Shown here: piece by piece, positions 10,143 through 20,186 of the stretch
Numbering within the stretch: position 1 is the stretch's first letter
Layout: the number at the start of each line of letters is the position of its first letter
Assembly (NCBI GenBank): GCA_964457085.1
Contig: CAYWDM010000004.1
Location: 8,131-72,130, forward strand
Length of the DNA: 64,000 bases
From: an uncultured Pseudomonadales bacterium
Lineage (GTDB): Bacteria; Patescibacteriota; Microgenomatia; UBA1400; PJMF01
Direction: 5' to 3'
Position numbers and translations under genes: made by a program
The notes under the pieces: generated by a model
What the model saw: the letters and a program-made list of their open reading frames with translations, nothing else
Databases searched by the model: none
Told to the model about the DNA's origin: nothing

Positions 10143-11084
10143 TCAATCAACGCTCTGCCATGAGTAACTCTGATCAACCCATTCGAGTATTTTTTTTGTT
10201 TCCTCAAATCTATTATTGCTTTTCATTAATACTATATATAGTGGATGCCCCTGTCGTGTTGCGATAGTAACCAAAACCTCTCCTGCTAGTGGAGTTGTGC
10301 CAGTCTTGATTCCAGTCACCCCGATGTTTTCCTTCAATAAAAAGTTGGTACTGGCTAAGTGTAGTTTTGCTGTATTACCTGCACGCTCAACTTGGATGTC
10401 TGCATCTGCCAATGAAACAATTTTTGCTAACTCTGGTTTAGCTATTAACTCTCTTGCGATTAATAGTAAGTCACTAGATGAAAGTAATTGTTTTGAATTG
10501 TCAAAACCTGCGGGATCAAAATAGTGACTGTTTTGAAGATTGTGTTCCAAACTCCAGAAACTCATCCACTCCAGAAAATTCTCTCTACCTCCAGGTGCAT
10601 GGTTAGCAAGAATTTCTGCAGCAGCATTATCGGATTGTATTAAAAGTGCAGTCAATAAATCTCTAACACTAACGCTATCTCCAATTTGAAACCCAGAGTT
10701 GCTTCTTTCCCGCAAATCTGTTGCTGTCAGTACAACTTTTTGGGACAGGTCATAGTGCTCCATTGCAACGAGTGCAGTCACCATTTTTATGGTGGATGCC
10801 GGATATAGTGCTTTGTTAGACATGTCAGCTGCTAAAATCGCAGCGGATGAAGCGTCAACAACCAAAAAAGCCTCTGAATCTATAGTGGCAGCGATTGAGG
10901 CCTGTTTTGATCCAGCCACTAAATGAGGCAATGGTGCAATCTTAATTTGGGGAAGAATCTTAAATCGCAAGTAATCGGCTGGCACAGGATTTACCGAACC
11001 CTCAGCCAACAACAGTATCGAAATAAATGTCATTGCCAACCACTGATTAATACGGATAGTAGAAAATATCGAACTCACAGACAC
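10143..11084 (-). CDS. D-alanyl-D-alanine carboxypeptidase (peptidase S11, PBP5/6-like)
   Basis: All three active-site boxes present: ASTIK (SxxK), QSDN (SxN), KTGTT (KTG); signal/TM N-terminus. Confidence 0.8.
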   Translation of the reverse strand: MSVSSIFSTIRINQWLAMTFISILLLAEGSVNPVPADYLRFKILPQIKIAPLPHLVAGSKQASIAATIDSEAFLVVDASSAAILAADMSNKALYPASTIKMVTALVAMEHYDLSQKVVLTATDLRERSNSGFQIGDSVSVRDLLTALLIQSDNAAAEILANHAPGGRENFLEWMSFWSLEHNLQNSHYFDPAGFDNSKQLLSSSDLLLIARELIAKPELAKIVSLADADIQVERAGNTAKLHLASTNFLLKENIGVTGIKTGTTPLAGEVLVTIATRQGHPLYIVLMKSNNRFEETKKILEWVDQSYSWQSVD

Positions 11085-11158
11085 AATTGTAGCGAAAACT
11101 CAGACAGCTTGTGGAGCCAATCTTCAGTCAACTTCACAATTCCAAATAACAAAAACGA

Positions 11159-12586
11159 TTATTTTGAGTTGCCTTGAGCTTTTGGTCTAATCGCAATACC
11201 TAGTTCCTGCAATTGCTCTTCTGGTACTAGGCTAGGTGCATCCATCACCGCCGTGCGACCGGTTGAGCTCATTGGGAACGCAATGGTTTCTTTGATAGAT
11301 TGCTCACCAGTTAATACCATGATTAGGCGATCTAAACCGAGTGCGATACCGCCATGTGGAGGAGTGCCTACTTCAAAAGCTCTGAGCATATGACCCACAC
11401 CCTGCTCAATTTCCTCATCGCTGTAGCCCATGGTTTTGAAAGTAGCTTTTAAGACCTCTGGCCGATGAGCACGAATGCTACCGCCTCCAACTTCATATCC
11501 ATTACAGACTAAGTCGTATTGGTTGGTAATAATATTTTCAACGTTTTTTCCAGCCAAGTGGTCTTCGACATGCTCAGGAATGGGACTACTAAATGGATTG
11601 TGAGTGAATGTCCAACCGCTTTTACCGTCTCTCACCTCAGCCACGTCTTTTTGATCAACTTTTTTGAAAAAAGGAAAATTGGAGACCCAGGCGAAAGCTA
11701 AAACTCCAGCTTGTTTCTCTTCTTCGCTACGCAGATCAAATTTATCAGCACCATATTTGGCCATCGAGTCTTTATAGTCAATAACGGGGAAAACTTCATC
11801 TTTTAACTTACCACCGACTGCTTTCACAGCTGATTTGACAACAGTCTCGACAGTTTGCATCACTTGTTTTTGATCAACAAAACTCATTTCTAAATCAAGT
11901 TGAGTGAGTTCAAATAAACGATCTGCACGTAAATCTTCATCACGCACACAGCGGGCAACTTGAAAATATCGCTCAAATCCAGCAGTCATTAATAATTGTT
12001 TATATTGTTGTGGACTTTGTGGCAATGCATAAAATTTACCAGGCTGGAAACGAGAGGGAACTAAAAAGTCTCGAGCACCTTCTTTGGTTGATTTGGTGAG
12101 TAGTGGAGTTTCGATCTCAACAAAATCCTGTGCATATAAACCCTCACGAATGGCACGGATAAACTTACTTCGCATCCGTAAAATTCGCTGCATTCGCTCA
12201 CGGCGAAGATCAAGATAGCGATATTTTAAACGCACTTCTTCATTGACTTCACGACCATCACCCTCAACCAAAATCGGCAATTCGCCAGCTTTATTTAAAA
12301 TTTCGTATGATTGGACATCAATCTCGATGGCACCAGTTTCTAATTCTTTGTTCACCAGTTTTTCTGGTCGAGCCTTAACTAAACCGGTAATCTCCAACAC
12401 ACTTTCGGTAGTGGCGTCGGCTAGTTTCAAATAACCAACACACTGTACCAATCCAGTCCAATCACGTAGATCAATAAAAGTGATTTTGCCGTGATCACGC
12501 TTGGTATTAACCCAACCCATCAACGTTACAGTCTGGCCGACCAATGTGGCGGTGTCTTTAATGAGTGTGCGGGTGGTACCTTGCAT
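11159..12586 (-). CDS. aspS: aspartyl-tRNA synthetase (class IIb, short form without GAD insertion)
   Basis: OB-fold N-terminus (GQTVTLMGWV), QSPQQYKQLLMTAGFERYFQVARCVRDEDLRADR motif 2 region and GGGSIR motif 3; only 475 aa, so the GAD insertion domain is absent. Confidence 0.85.
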   Translation of the reverse strand: MQGTTRTLIKDTATLVGQTVTLMGWVNTKRDHGKITFIDLRDWTGLVQCVGYLKLADATTESVLEITGLVKARPEKLVNKELETGAIEIDVQSYEILNKAGELPILVEGDGREVNEEVRLKYRYLDLRRERMQRILRMRSKFIRAIREGLYAQDFVEIETPLLTKSTKEGARDFLVPSRFQPGKFYALPQSPQQYKQLLMTAGFERYFQVARCVRDEDLRADRLFELTQLDLEMSFVDQKQVMQTVETVVKSAVKAVGGKLKDEVFPVIDYKDSMAKYGADKFDLRSEEEKQAGVLAFAWVSNFPFFKKVDQKDVAEVRDGKSGWTFTHNPFSSPIPEHVEDHLAGKNVENIITNQYDLVCNGYEVGGGSIRAHRPEVLKATFKTMGYSDEEIEQGVGHMLRAFEVGTPPHGGIALGLDRLIMVLTGEQSIKETIAFPMSSTGRTAVMDAPSLVPEEQLQELGIAIRPKAQGNSK

Positions 12587-12708
12587 GGCGATTATTATAC
12601 ATGGGGGGGAAGAAAAACTAGGCAGACAGATTGAGATATGTTATTCGAGAGCAAGGGAGTAATCATTTACCGCTTGCACTGTCTCCCATCCTTTATATAA
12701 TAGTCAAC

Positions 12709-12838
12709 GTTTATGTTACAAATTGTTCGCGTTATCTGGCTTAATACCCAACTCTTTATTAAAGAGCGGGGTTGTAGTGCGTAGCGAACAGTAGTTTTTA
12801 ACTCGTCACACAACCCCGCCATAACAGGCGGGGTTTTT
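12709..12838 (+). ncRNA. candidate small RNA / orphan transcription unit (promoter TTGCAC-17-ATAATA, intrinsic terminator)
   Basis: Seen in sequence: -35 TTGCAC (12674-12679), 17-nt spacer, -10 ATAATA (12697-12702). About 110 nt downstream is a 10-bp hairpin gcggggttgt/acaaccccgc, then the ccccgcc-ataaca-ggcgggg-TTTTT terminator. No protein gene lies on this strand. Confidence 0.2.
12814..12838 (+). terminator. rho-independent terminator
   Basis: ccccgcc ataaca ggcgggg followed by ttttt. Confidence 0.45.
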
Positions 12839-13035
12839 AGTTTTGCGAGCATTATTGTTAATAAACCAAAAGAACTTTAAAAAAACAGAGAAAAAAGGAA
12901 GAGTGGCCTGCTGACCGGTAATTAGTTATTTGATTGCCAGTCACAAGGTCATACGACCCCCAGTCTGCTTGGTTTCCATCGCGGAAACCTAAACGAGCGG
13001 ACTGACATCTCATATTATTTTCCGGAGGAAACTTT

Positions 13036-13233
13036 TTGATGGACACAATCACTCAGCAACAATACGACAATTTGGACGGCATGGCGCTCAGCGAGCTGGC
13101 TGGAATCTTAAGTACCAGTCAGGCACGACTTATGACAGAGTTTGGAAGTCCAGACTCGGCAATTGCCGGTGCCGCTAATTTGATCCGCCAGTACGTTGCT
13201 GGCGGTACGATGCAAATTGCAGTGGTGGCCTAA
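13036..13233 (+). CDS. small hypothetical protein (65 aa)
   Basis: ORF relatively GC-rich for this genome, followed by a strong hairpin at 13255-13290 (atccacactc...gagtgtggat) plus a T-run; no homology recognised, so coding status is uncertain. Confidence 0.25.
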   Translation: MMDTITQQQYDNLDGMALSELAGILSTSQARLMTEFGSPDSAIAGAANLIRQYVAGGTMQIAVVA

Positions 13234-13352
13234 CAAAAGAAATACTCCGGCCACATCCACACTCTCTAGCAAAAACTAGGGAGTGTGGATAAACACTTTT
13301 TCCATACACAACAAGTAAAAACAATTTTCAAAAAAATCGCTATACTAACGAT

Positions 13353-14555
13353 ATGAAACGAACTAGTAATTTGTGGATCATTCTCTTTGTTGGTTTAGTG
13401 GTTGGCGGATTAATTACTGCACTGACAATTAACTTACTTCCCAAAGGTTCCACCGATCTCATTTCCCCATTCGTCAAACAAGAAACTGCCACGGCTGCAC
13501 CTCTAAACGAATACTCAATTCCCAACTTAGCCACCCGCCCATTCACCGCCAGTCCTCCATTAAAAATCGAACAGCTACTTAAAACTACCCCTGACATTGA
13601 ATCCTACACTTTTTCTTTTCAAACCATGGATCAACGCATGTCTGGTCTCGTTAATATTCCAACCACACCAGCCCCAAAAACAGGCTATCCAGTACTCTTG
13701 ATGGTGCGAGGATATGTGCCCCTTGAACAATATGTTCCAGGTATGGGCACTAAAAATGCAGCCGAGCATTTCACCAAAAAAGGCTATGTCACCATCGCTC
13801 CAGATTTTTTTGGCTATGGAACCAGTGCTCCAGAACTAGCCGATAGCTGGGAAGCCAGATTCATAAAACCAATTAATCTCATTGAGTTGCTAAAAACAGT
13901 TCAAGCTCACCCAGAATTGCTAATGAAATATGAAGCCATCCAAGTAGCCGAGTCTGCACTCAAGTCGACTGCACCCAGTAGTGCTTCAAGCTCTGCAGAA
14001 ACCACAGAATCAACAGAAAGTGCTGTTGTCGCTCCGGTTACAGAAAATCCATTAGTGGGCAGACCAAATGCCTCAATCTCACTTAATGCCAAAAAAATCG
14101 GTATCTGGGCACATAGCAACGGTGGTCAGATCACACTAACTGCCTTAGAGATTTTAGGTGAACCAGTTCCAGCCACGCTCTGGGCACCTGTCACTGCACC
14201 CTTCCCTTACTCATTACTTTACTTTAGTGATGAAAATGAAGATGAAGGTAAAGCTACTCGTAATTGGATAGCTGAATTTGAAAAAGAGTATGACGTCTTT
14301 GACTTTTCACTCACTCAGCACCTTGATCGCCTCCATGGCGACATTCAAATCCATCATGGAACCCTCGATGACTCTGCATTAAAAAGTTGGTCAGATGATT
14401 TCGTGGCTAAGATCAAAACCGCAAACGTAAATCGACCAAAAAGTGATCAAGTGAAAATTAACTACTTTACCTATCCTGGTGCAGACCACAACCTACAGCC
14501 AGGCTGGAATACAGCAATTCAAAGAGACAGTGATTTCTTTCAAAAGAAACTTTGA
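13353..14555 (+). CDS. secreted/membrane-anchored alpha/beta-hydrolase (esterase/peptidase S9-like)
   Basis: N-terminal TM/signal, Ser/Thr-rich linker (STAPSSASSSAETTESTES), nucleophile-elbow-like GIWAHSNGG and downstream His/Asp candidates. Confidence 0.55.
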   Translation: MKRTSNLWIILFVGLVVGGLITALTINLLPKGSTDLISPFVKQETATAAPLNEYSIPNLATRPFTASPPLKIEQLLKTTPDIESYTFSFQTMDQRMSGLVNIPTTPAPKTGYPVLLMVRGYVPLEQYVPGMGTKNAAEHFTKKGYVTIAPDFFGYGTSAPELADSWEARFIKPINLIELLKTVQAHPELLMKYEAIQVAESALKSTAPSSASSSAETTESTESAVVAPVTENPLVGRPNASISLNAKKIGIWAHSNGGQITLTALEILGEPVPATLWAPVTAPFPYSLLYFSDENEDEGKATRNWIAEFEKEYDVFDFSLTQHLDRLHGDIQIHHGTLDDSALKSWSDDFVAKIKTANVNRPKSDQVKINYFTYPGADHNLQPGWNTAIQRDSDFFQKKL

Positions 14556-15704
14556 TTACTCAACTTCGTCAGCGTCAGCAATCATTGGAGTACTTGAAAT
14601 AGCTAAACTCCCAGATCGATAGCGGTCAATTTTATCGAGCTTACGATCAAGCTGTTTGGTACGAGTGGTAGTAATTTTTTCGTATCCTAGTTTTAGAGTC
14701 TCAATACTACGACCAAATTTCGAGAATTCTTCTTTAAATGAACCCCACTCTTTGGCAAACTCATCAACATACTTGACCACTTCTTTTAATTTGTCACCCA
14801 TCATGAAGTTACGGTAACTTTCCATTACAGTCCGTGCCACAATTAGAAAAGTAAACGGCGACACAATCATCACTCGTTTTGAGAGAGCTTCATCAATCAC
14901 CTGTGGCATTTTTTGGTTAATAAATGAAAAGATCATTTCGTTTGGCACAAACATAATCGCATAGTCCAGAGTTTCCAAACCGGGATCTATATACAAAGCT
15001 ACTTTAGCAATCTTGGTGCGAATATCTGACTCGAATTGTTTTAAATGTCCTGCCTTAATGGCCTTATTATCAGTAAGCACCATTTTTTGAATTTCCTGAT
15101 AAGGAAACTTAGCATCAACTGGGACCACTCGTTTGTCTGGCAATAACAAAGTAATATCTGGTTTTAGGCTAGTGGAACCATGTAGAAATTGTTGACGTCG
15201 ATAATGCACGCCTTCAACCAAACCGTTACTTTGTAGTAAGTCTTCGATAATCCGCTCACCCCAACCACCACGCATCTGGTTATTAGAAAGCACAGTAGCC
15301 AACTGTTGTGTTGAAGTTCGTAGTTCATCTGTGAGTTTACGATGGTCAGTCAGAGCTGTTGTTAGCTCAGTAAATTGTTTTAACCGATCGCGATCCAGCG
15401 ATCGAACTTCATCCTGACGAGCCTTTAATTCTTGTCGCAGTTGCTCTACTAACTTCTCCATCATCTGCTGTTTATTGGCCAAATCAACTTTAATGTTGTC
15501 ACGTTCCCCAGCCATAATTTCTTTACCTTGCTGTGCAATCGCAACCGCACTCATCCCGAATACTTTCTGCACCACACCTTCAAGATCTGCTCCCGCCTTC
15601 TCCGACAGCAACTGTTGTTTTTTATTGAGTTGTAACAATTGCCACAACACAATGCCCAAAACCAACACAATTACCACGCAAAGTACGATAAGAAATAGCT
15701 GCAT
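14556..15704 (-). CDS. rmuC: DNA recombination protein RmuC
   Basis: N-terminal TM helix, long coiled-coil (QELKARQDEVRSLDRDRLKQ), C-terminal RmuC nuclease-like domain; typical length. Confidence 0.7.
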   Translation of the reverse strand: MQLFLIVLCVVIVLVLGIVLWQLLQLNKKQQLLSEKAGADLEGVVQKVFGMSAVAIAQQGKEIMAGERDNIKVDLANKQQMMEKLVEQLRQELKARQDEVRSLDRDRLKQFTELTTALTDHRKLTDELRTSTQQLATVLSNNQMRGGWGERIIEDLLQSNGLVEGVHYRRQQFLHGSTSLKPDITLLLPDKRVVPVDAKFPYQEIQKMVLTDNKAIKAGHLKQFESDIRTKIAKVALYIDPGLETLDYAIMFVPNEMIFSFINQKMPQVIDEALSKRVMIVSPFTFLIVARTVMESYRNFMMGDKLKEVVKYVDEFAKEWGSFKEEFSKFGRSIETLKLGYEKITTTRTKQLDRKLDKIDRYRSGSLAISSTPMIADADEVE

Positions 15705-15727
15705 TCCTACAGTATACTGGATCTGCT

Positions 15728-16213
15728 ATGGTGATGCAGCACTCCCGTTCACGACTAGCTGAAAAACCAGTAGGTACTTTTTTTACTGGTAAGGTTGCCC
15801 AGCAATTTCTCGATCATAGTCAACGATTTCAACAGCATTTTTCAACTGTAAAACCTTTTTCCCCGGTACTTAAGGAATACCTGAAACATTGGCCACAACT
15901 TGCTATCGGACTAAGTGTGTTTTTTGTGCTCTACAGATTGATCTCCAGCTACACACCATCACAACTTGCACATTTTTTAATCCCGAATAGTTACTTAAGC
16001 GTACTCAGTCTCTTTTTTATCGGTGGTTGGTACTGCTGGAGCTTTCTATTACACGGTACCAAAAAAAGCCTAATTGCTTCGCTTATCTGCACCCTTTGGT
16101 TATTCACTAGATTGCAACAGATTATTACACCGAATTGGTTTTGGATATGTCTGCTATTTGGCTGGATTGCAATCGGATTTACTCGGGATTTACTTAAACA
16201 TAAACGCGTATAA
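15728..16213 (+). CDS. hypothetical integral membrane protein
   Basis: 161 aa with 3-4 hydrophobic helices; no motif recognised. Confidence 0.4.
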   Translation: MVMQHSRSRLAEKPVGTFFTGKVAQQFLDHSQRFQQHFSTVKPFSPVLKEYLKHWPQLAIGLSVFFVLYRLISSYTPSQLAHFLIPNSYLSVLSLFFIGGWYCWSFLLHGTKKSLIASLICTLWLFTRLQQIITPNWFWICLLFGWIAIGFTRDLLKHKRV

Positions 16214-16243
16214 TAACCAGCACGATTAAACAAAAAATATTAA

Positions 16244-17674
16244 ATGCACTCAGATCACTTTTATCTCACCACCACCTTGCCTTATGTAAATGCTGAACCA
16301 CATATTGGTTTTGCATTAGAGATTGTTGCTGCAGACGTGATCTGCAGATTTCAAGAACAACAAGGCAAAAAAGTCATCTTTAATACTGGTACTGATGAAC
16401 ATGGTCAAAAAATATATCAACAGGCACTTGCAGCTAATCAAGATCCTCAGCAATATTGTGATGCCTATGCTGCCAAATTCGCAGATTTGCAAAAATTGCT
16501 CAATCTGAGCTTCAACCATTTTATTCGCACCACCGATGCTCATCACGTTGCGGCTGCACAAGTTTTTTGGCAAAAATGTTTCGATCAAGGCGATATCTAT
16601 AAAAAAACCTACCAAACTAAGTATTGCGTTGGCTGCGAGCTGGAAAAAACCGATAGTGAGCTGGTAGACAATCGCTGCCCGCTGCATGCCACTAAAGAAA
16701 TTGAATACCGAGATGAAGAAAATTATTTTTTCCGGTTCTCAGCATACGCAGAAAAATTATTAGCACATTACCAATCTCACCCAGAATTTGTAAAACCAGC
16801 TCATCGATTAAAAGAAATTCAATCGTTCGTCGCACAAGGCCTACAAGACTTCAGTATTTCCAGACTCAAAGCCAAAATGTCTTGGGGCATTCCAGTGCCC
16901 AATGATTCAGAGCACGTCATGTATGTCTGGTTTGATGCATTGATCAACTATATCTCTACGCTTGGTTGGCCAGAAATTGAAGGTGAATATACGACTTTTT
17001 GGCCTGGTGTGCAGGTGGCTGGCAAAGACAATTTACGACAACAATCTGCCATGTGGCAAGCTATGTTACTGTCGGCAGGATTGTCACCCTCAAAGCAAAT
17101 TCTAATCAATGGTTTTATTGGGGTGAACAGCCAAAAAATGAGTAAATCTTTAGGCAATGTTATCTCTCCAACTGAACTTGTGACACGCTATGGCCTTGAT
17201 GCTTCAAGATTTTTATTGATAAACCTTGGACCTTTTGGCGAAGATATGGACGTCAGTTGGACTCGATTTGATCAAGAGTATACTGCCATGCTTGCCAATG
17301 GATATGGTAATCTCACCTCACGCATCCTAAAAATGGCCGAACGAGCTGGACTCTCATTTGCAACCAATGCTACAAAATCTCCAGAGTGGTACCAACAATT
17401 CTGTAGATTCATGGAAGCTTTTGAACTGAGTAGTGCAGTGAGTCTAATTAAAGAACAGATTAACTCTGTCGATCAATATTTGAGTGATCAAAAACCTTGG
17501 AAGCTGAGCGGTGGTGAACAAACCTCGATATTACAAGTCAGCTTAGAAAAGCTCTATTGGCTGAATCAGTCATTACAGTCACTAATGCCACAAACTACTC
17601 AAACAGTTTCTGATGCACTCTTGACTACTCCAATTATTGCTCCAGCCTCATTATTTCCGCGTTTGGCACTATAA
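16244..17674 (+). CDS. metG: methionyl-tRNA synthetase (short form lacking the C-terminal tRNA-binding domain)
   Basis: TTLPYVNAEPHIGFALE (HIGH-type), KMSKSLGNVI (KMSKS), CxxC-type zinc knuckle region. Confidence 0.9.
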   Translation: MHSDHFYLTTTLPYVNAEPHIGFALEIVAADVICRFQEQQGKKVIFNTGTDEHGQKIYQQALAANQDPQQYCDAYAAKFADLQKLLNLSFNHFIRTTDAHHVAAAQVFWQKCFDQGDIYKKTYQTKYCVGCELEKTDSELVDNRCPLHATKEIEYRDEENYFFRFSAYAEKLLAHYQSHPEFVKPAHRLKEIQSFVAQGLQDFSISRLKAKMSWGIPVPNDSEHVMYVWFDALINYISTLGWPEIEGEYTTFWPGVQVAGKDNLRQQSAMWQAMLLSAGLSPSKQILINGFIGVNSQKMSKSLGNVISPTELVTRYGLDASRFLLINLGPFGEDMDVSWTRFDQEYTAMLANGYGNLTSRILKMAERAGLSFATNATKSPEWYQQFCRFMEAFELSSAVSLIKEQINSVDQYLSDQKPWKLSGGEQTSILQVSLEKLYWLNQSLQSLMPQTTQTVSDALLTTPIIAPASLFPRLAL

Positions 17675-17680
17675 ACCATC

Positions 17681-18613
17681 ATGCGATGCATCGACACTCA
17701 TTGTCACTACAACTTAGAACCACTTTTCAACGGTCAACGCAGCCATTTTCGGATCAAAGATGATGACTCAATTTTAGCCAAAAACTGGCAGATACACTGG
17801 GAAAGTGCTAAAAATGCGGGTGTCTTGGGTGGCATCGCTGTGGGTGCTGATCTAGAAAATTCTGCTATTGCCATCTCGATTCATAAACAACAACCAAAAA
17901 TACTCGCAGCAGTTGGTCTACACCCAGAACTTCCCAGCGAATTACTAACAACAATTACTACGAGTTCTCCAGAACTCTCAATTATTGAACTTAAAAATGA
18001 GGTAACCCTGCAGCTCAACCAACACTTAGAAAAACTATCTGGACTCGCCAGAAACAACGAAATAGTTGCGATTGGTGAAACAGGTTGCGATTACTACTAT
18101 TTTACTGACGATTTAGTGCTCAATGAATTTACAAGAGACTTGCAAGCACATCTATTTGCAGCACAAATTAAACTTGCTAACCAATTAAAACTGCCTGTAA
18201 TTGTGCACACTCGTGATAAAAAAACCCAAGCCTACACCGACGCTCTGTCACTAATCAAACAGCACTATGAGTTCCACAAACCATTTGTACTACACTGTGT
18301 TTCTGGTCCACTTGAGTATGTCCAAGCTGCAATTGAACTTGGTGCCTATGTCGGTTTTGATGGCAATCTGACCTATAAAAATAACCAAGATTTACTCGAG
18401 ATTCTCGCAATGGTTCCAGCCAATAGAATAGTTATTGAAACAGATTCGCCATATTTACCACCAACTCCATATCGTGGTCAGGTGTGTGAGCCTTGGATGG
18501 TAACCTCAGTCGCAACTGCAGTCTGTGACCTAAAAAAAATCACCGAAGAAACTCTGCTGCAAAATACCGTTAATTTATTTGGAAAGCCAATAGAAACACT
18601 GCTCTCAGATTAA
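17681..18613 (+). CDS. tatD: TatD-family metal-dependent hydrolase/DNase
   Basis: MRCIDTHCHYN N-terminal metal-binding signature, GETGCDYYY, VHTRD, ETDSPYL boxes. Confidence 0.8.
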   Translation: MRCIDTHCHYNLEPLFNGQRSHFRIKDDDSILAKNWQIHWESAKNAGVLGGIAVGADLENSAIAISIHKQQPKILAAVGLHPELPSELLTTITTSSPELSIIELKNEVTLQLNQHLEKLSGLARNNEIVAIGETGCDYYYFTDDLVLNEFTRDLQAHLFAAQIKLANQLKLPVIVHTRDKKTQAYTDALSLIKQHYEFHKPFVLHCVSGPLEYVQAAIELGAYVGFDGNLTYKNNQDLLEILAMVPANRIVIETDSPYLPPTPYRGQVCEPWMVTSVATAVCDLKKITEETLLQNTVNLFGKPIETLLSD

Positions 18614-18658
18614 GGGTACGTGCAGATGACTTTTTCAGATATAATATAGGTTCAAATC

Positions 18659-20155
18659 ATGCTCAAGAATTTAGTCAGACGTCATCCCATCCGCACCCAG
18701 CGTTTCCTAGAAATTTTGCCTGGTTTTGTGTCATGGTCTTTAATTTTATTTCCTTTTTGGGGTTCATTTTTAGTACCAACTTTTGTGGCTTACTATGTAA
18801 TTACTTTTGCAGTCTATTGGTTGTACCGCTCATTATCTCTGGCAGTACTCTCAGTTTTGGCTCACTTTCGAATTAAAGCCGCCTCAAGATTTGATTGGGC
18901 ACAGTTTGGCAAAAAATCGCACCCAAAGCGTTGGAATGACATTCATCATGTAATTATCATTCCCACATACATGGAACCTGTCTCTACTTTGAAGCGAACC
19001 TTAAACCGACTCAGTCTACAGACTTTCCCACTCAAAAATATACACATCATGTTGTCATTCGAAAAACGCGAAGGAGCGGCAGCATTAGAAAAATCTGCAG
19101 AACTAAGTAAACAGTACGCTCATACTTTTGGACATATTTGGACTACTCTTCACCCAGACATTAAAGGTGAAGTAAAAGGTAAGTCCTCAAACACAGCTTG
19201 GGGTGCCAAAGCAGCTAAAATTTTATTGATTGATAAACTACAGATTCCAATTGAAAACGTCACTATCACCAGCGAGGATGCGGATTCTCTTTTTCATCCA
19301 CAATATTTTTCCTATCTCACCCACGAATTTTTATCGAGCTCAAATCCCTACAACAAAGTTTGGCAAGCGAGCATTAGTTTTTACAACAACATTTGGGAAG
19401 TGCCAACACCAGTCCGAGTCATGGCAAGCATTTTCTCTGTGACTCAAATGTATATTCTGATGCGTAAAGACAGATTGGTCAATTTCTCTACGTATTCAAT
19501 CTCACTCAAACATATCCATGATATTGGCTACTGGGACACTGACGTAATTCCTGAGGATTACCGAATGTTTTTCAAATCATACTTTGCTAAAAAAGGTGAC
19601 TTTGAGGTAGAACCAATTTTCTTACCCATTTATGCTGATGCAGCTCAGGCAAATGGTTTTTGGAACACCATGCACAACCAGTATGAGCAGTTAAAGCGCT
19701 GGGCCTGGGGTGTTTCCGATGACCCTTATATTATTAGACAATACATTTTAGCTGAGGGTGTCCCTTTTTGGGACAAAACTATCCGCGTATTTAAAGTAAT
19801 TGAAGACCACTTCTTATGGCCAGTTAATTGGTTTGCGATCACTGTTTCTGCGATGTTACCCCCGCTACTTAACGATCAGTTTTCAAGAACTATACTGGGT
19901 AAAACTTTGCCACAAGTGACTTCTGCATTACTAACAATGTCGCTCATCTCCATGATCGTCATTTTCGTGATTGATGCTCGAAATCGTCCTCCCCGTCCCA
20001 GCACACATAATTTCCTATCGTATGTAATCCAGCCACTTGAATTTTTATTATTACCCGTGATTGGATTCTTCTTCTCAGCACTTCCCGGTCTAGATGCACA
20101 TACGAGATTAATGCTCGGTAAGTATATTGAATACCGTGTTACCGAAAAGGTTTGA
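18659..20155 (+). CDS. processive family-2 glycosyltransferase, cellulose/chitin-synthase-like (membrane)
   Basis: N-terminal TM pair, HVIIIPTYMEP GT-A start, SEDADS (D,D,D) and the processive QxxRW motif (EQLKRWAWG), C-terminal TM bundle. Confidence 0.65.
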   Translation: MLKNLVRRHPIRTQRFLEILPGFVSWSLILFPFWGSFLVPTFVAYYVITFAVYWLYRSLSLAVLSVLAHFRIKAASRFDWAQFGKKSHPKRWNDIHHVIIIPTYMEPVSTLKRTLNRLSLQTFPLKNIHIMLSFEKREGAAALEKSAELSKQYAHTFGHIWTTLHPDIKGEVKGKSSNTAWGAKAAKILLIDKLQIPIENVTITSEDADSLFHPQYFSYLTHEFLSSSNPYNKVWQASISFYNNIWEVPTPVRVMASIFSVTQMYILMRKDRLVNFSTYSISLKHIHDIGYWDTDVIPEDYRMFFKSYFAKKGDFEVEPIFLPIYADAAQANGFWNTMHNQYEQLKRWAWGVSDDPYIIRQYILAEGVPFWDKTIRVFKVIEDHFLWPVNWFAITVSAMLPPLLNDQFSRTILGKTLPQVTSALLTMSLISMIVIFVIDARNRPPRPSTHNFLSYVIQPLEFLLLPVIGFFFSALPGLDAHTRLMLGKYIEYRVTEKV

Positions 20156-20186
20156 CACGACCATCAGATTTAGCTCATAATGAGCA

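Noticed and set aside
12590-13350. tmRNA, SRP RNA, RNase P RNA or T-box leader in the aspS upstream region
   Set aside because: No T-loop (GGTTCGANTCC) or CCA-adjacent acceptor, no AGGUCCGGAAGGAAGCAGC SRP box, no T-box AGGGUGGNACCGCG. A GGAAGUCCAGACUCGG stretch that resembles RNase P P4 lies mid-way inside the 65-aa ORF without the matching 3' strand. aspS has a -10 (TATAAT) only ~10 nt from its ATG, so it has no long leader.
12590-13350. Replication origin at the minus-to-plus strand switch
   Set aside because: Only one exact DnaA box was found (13284-13292), with no box cluster, no AT-rich DUE, and no dnaA/dnaN. Several other strand switches occur in the window.
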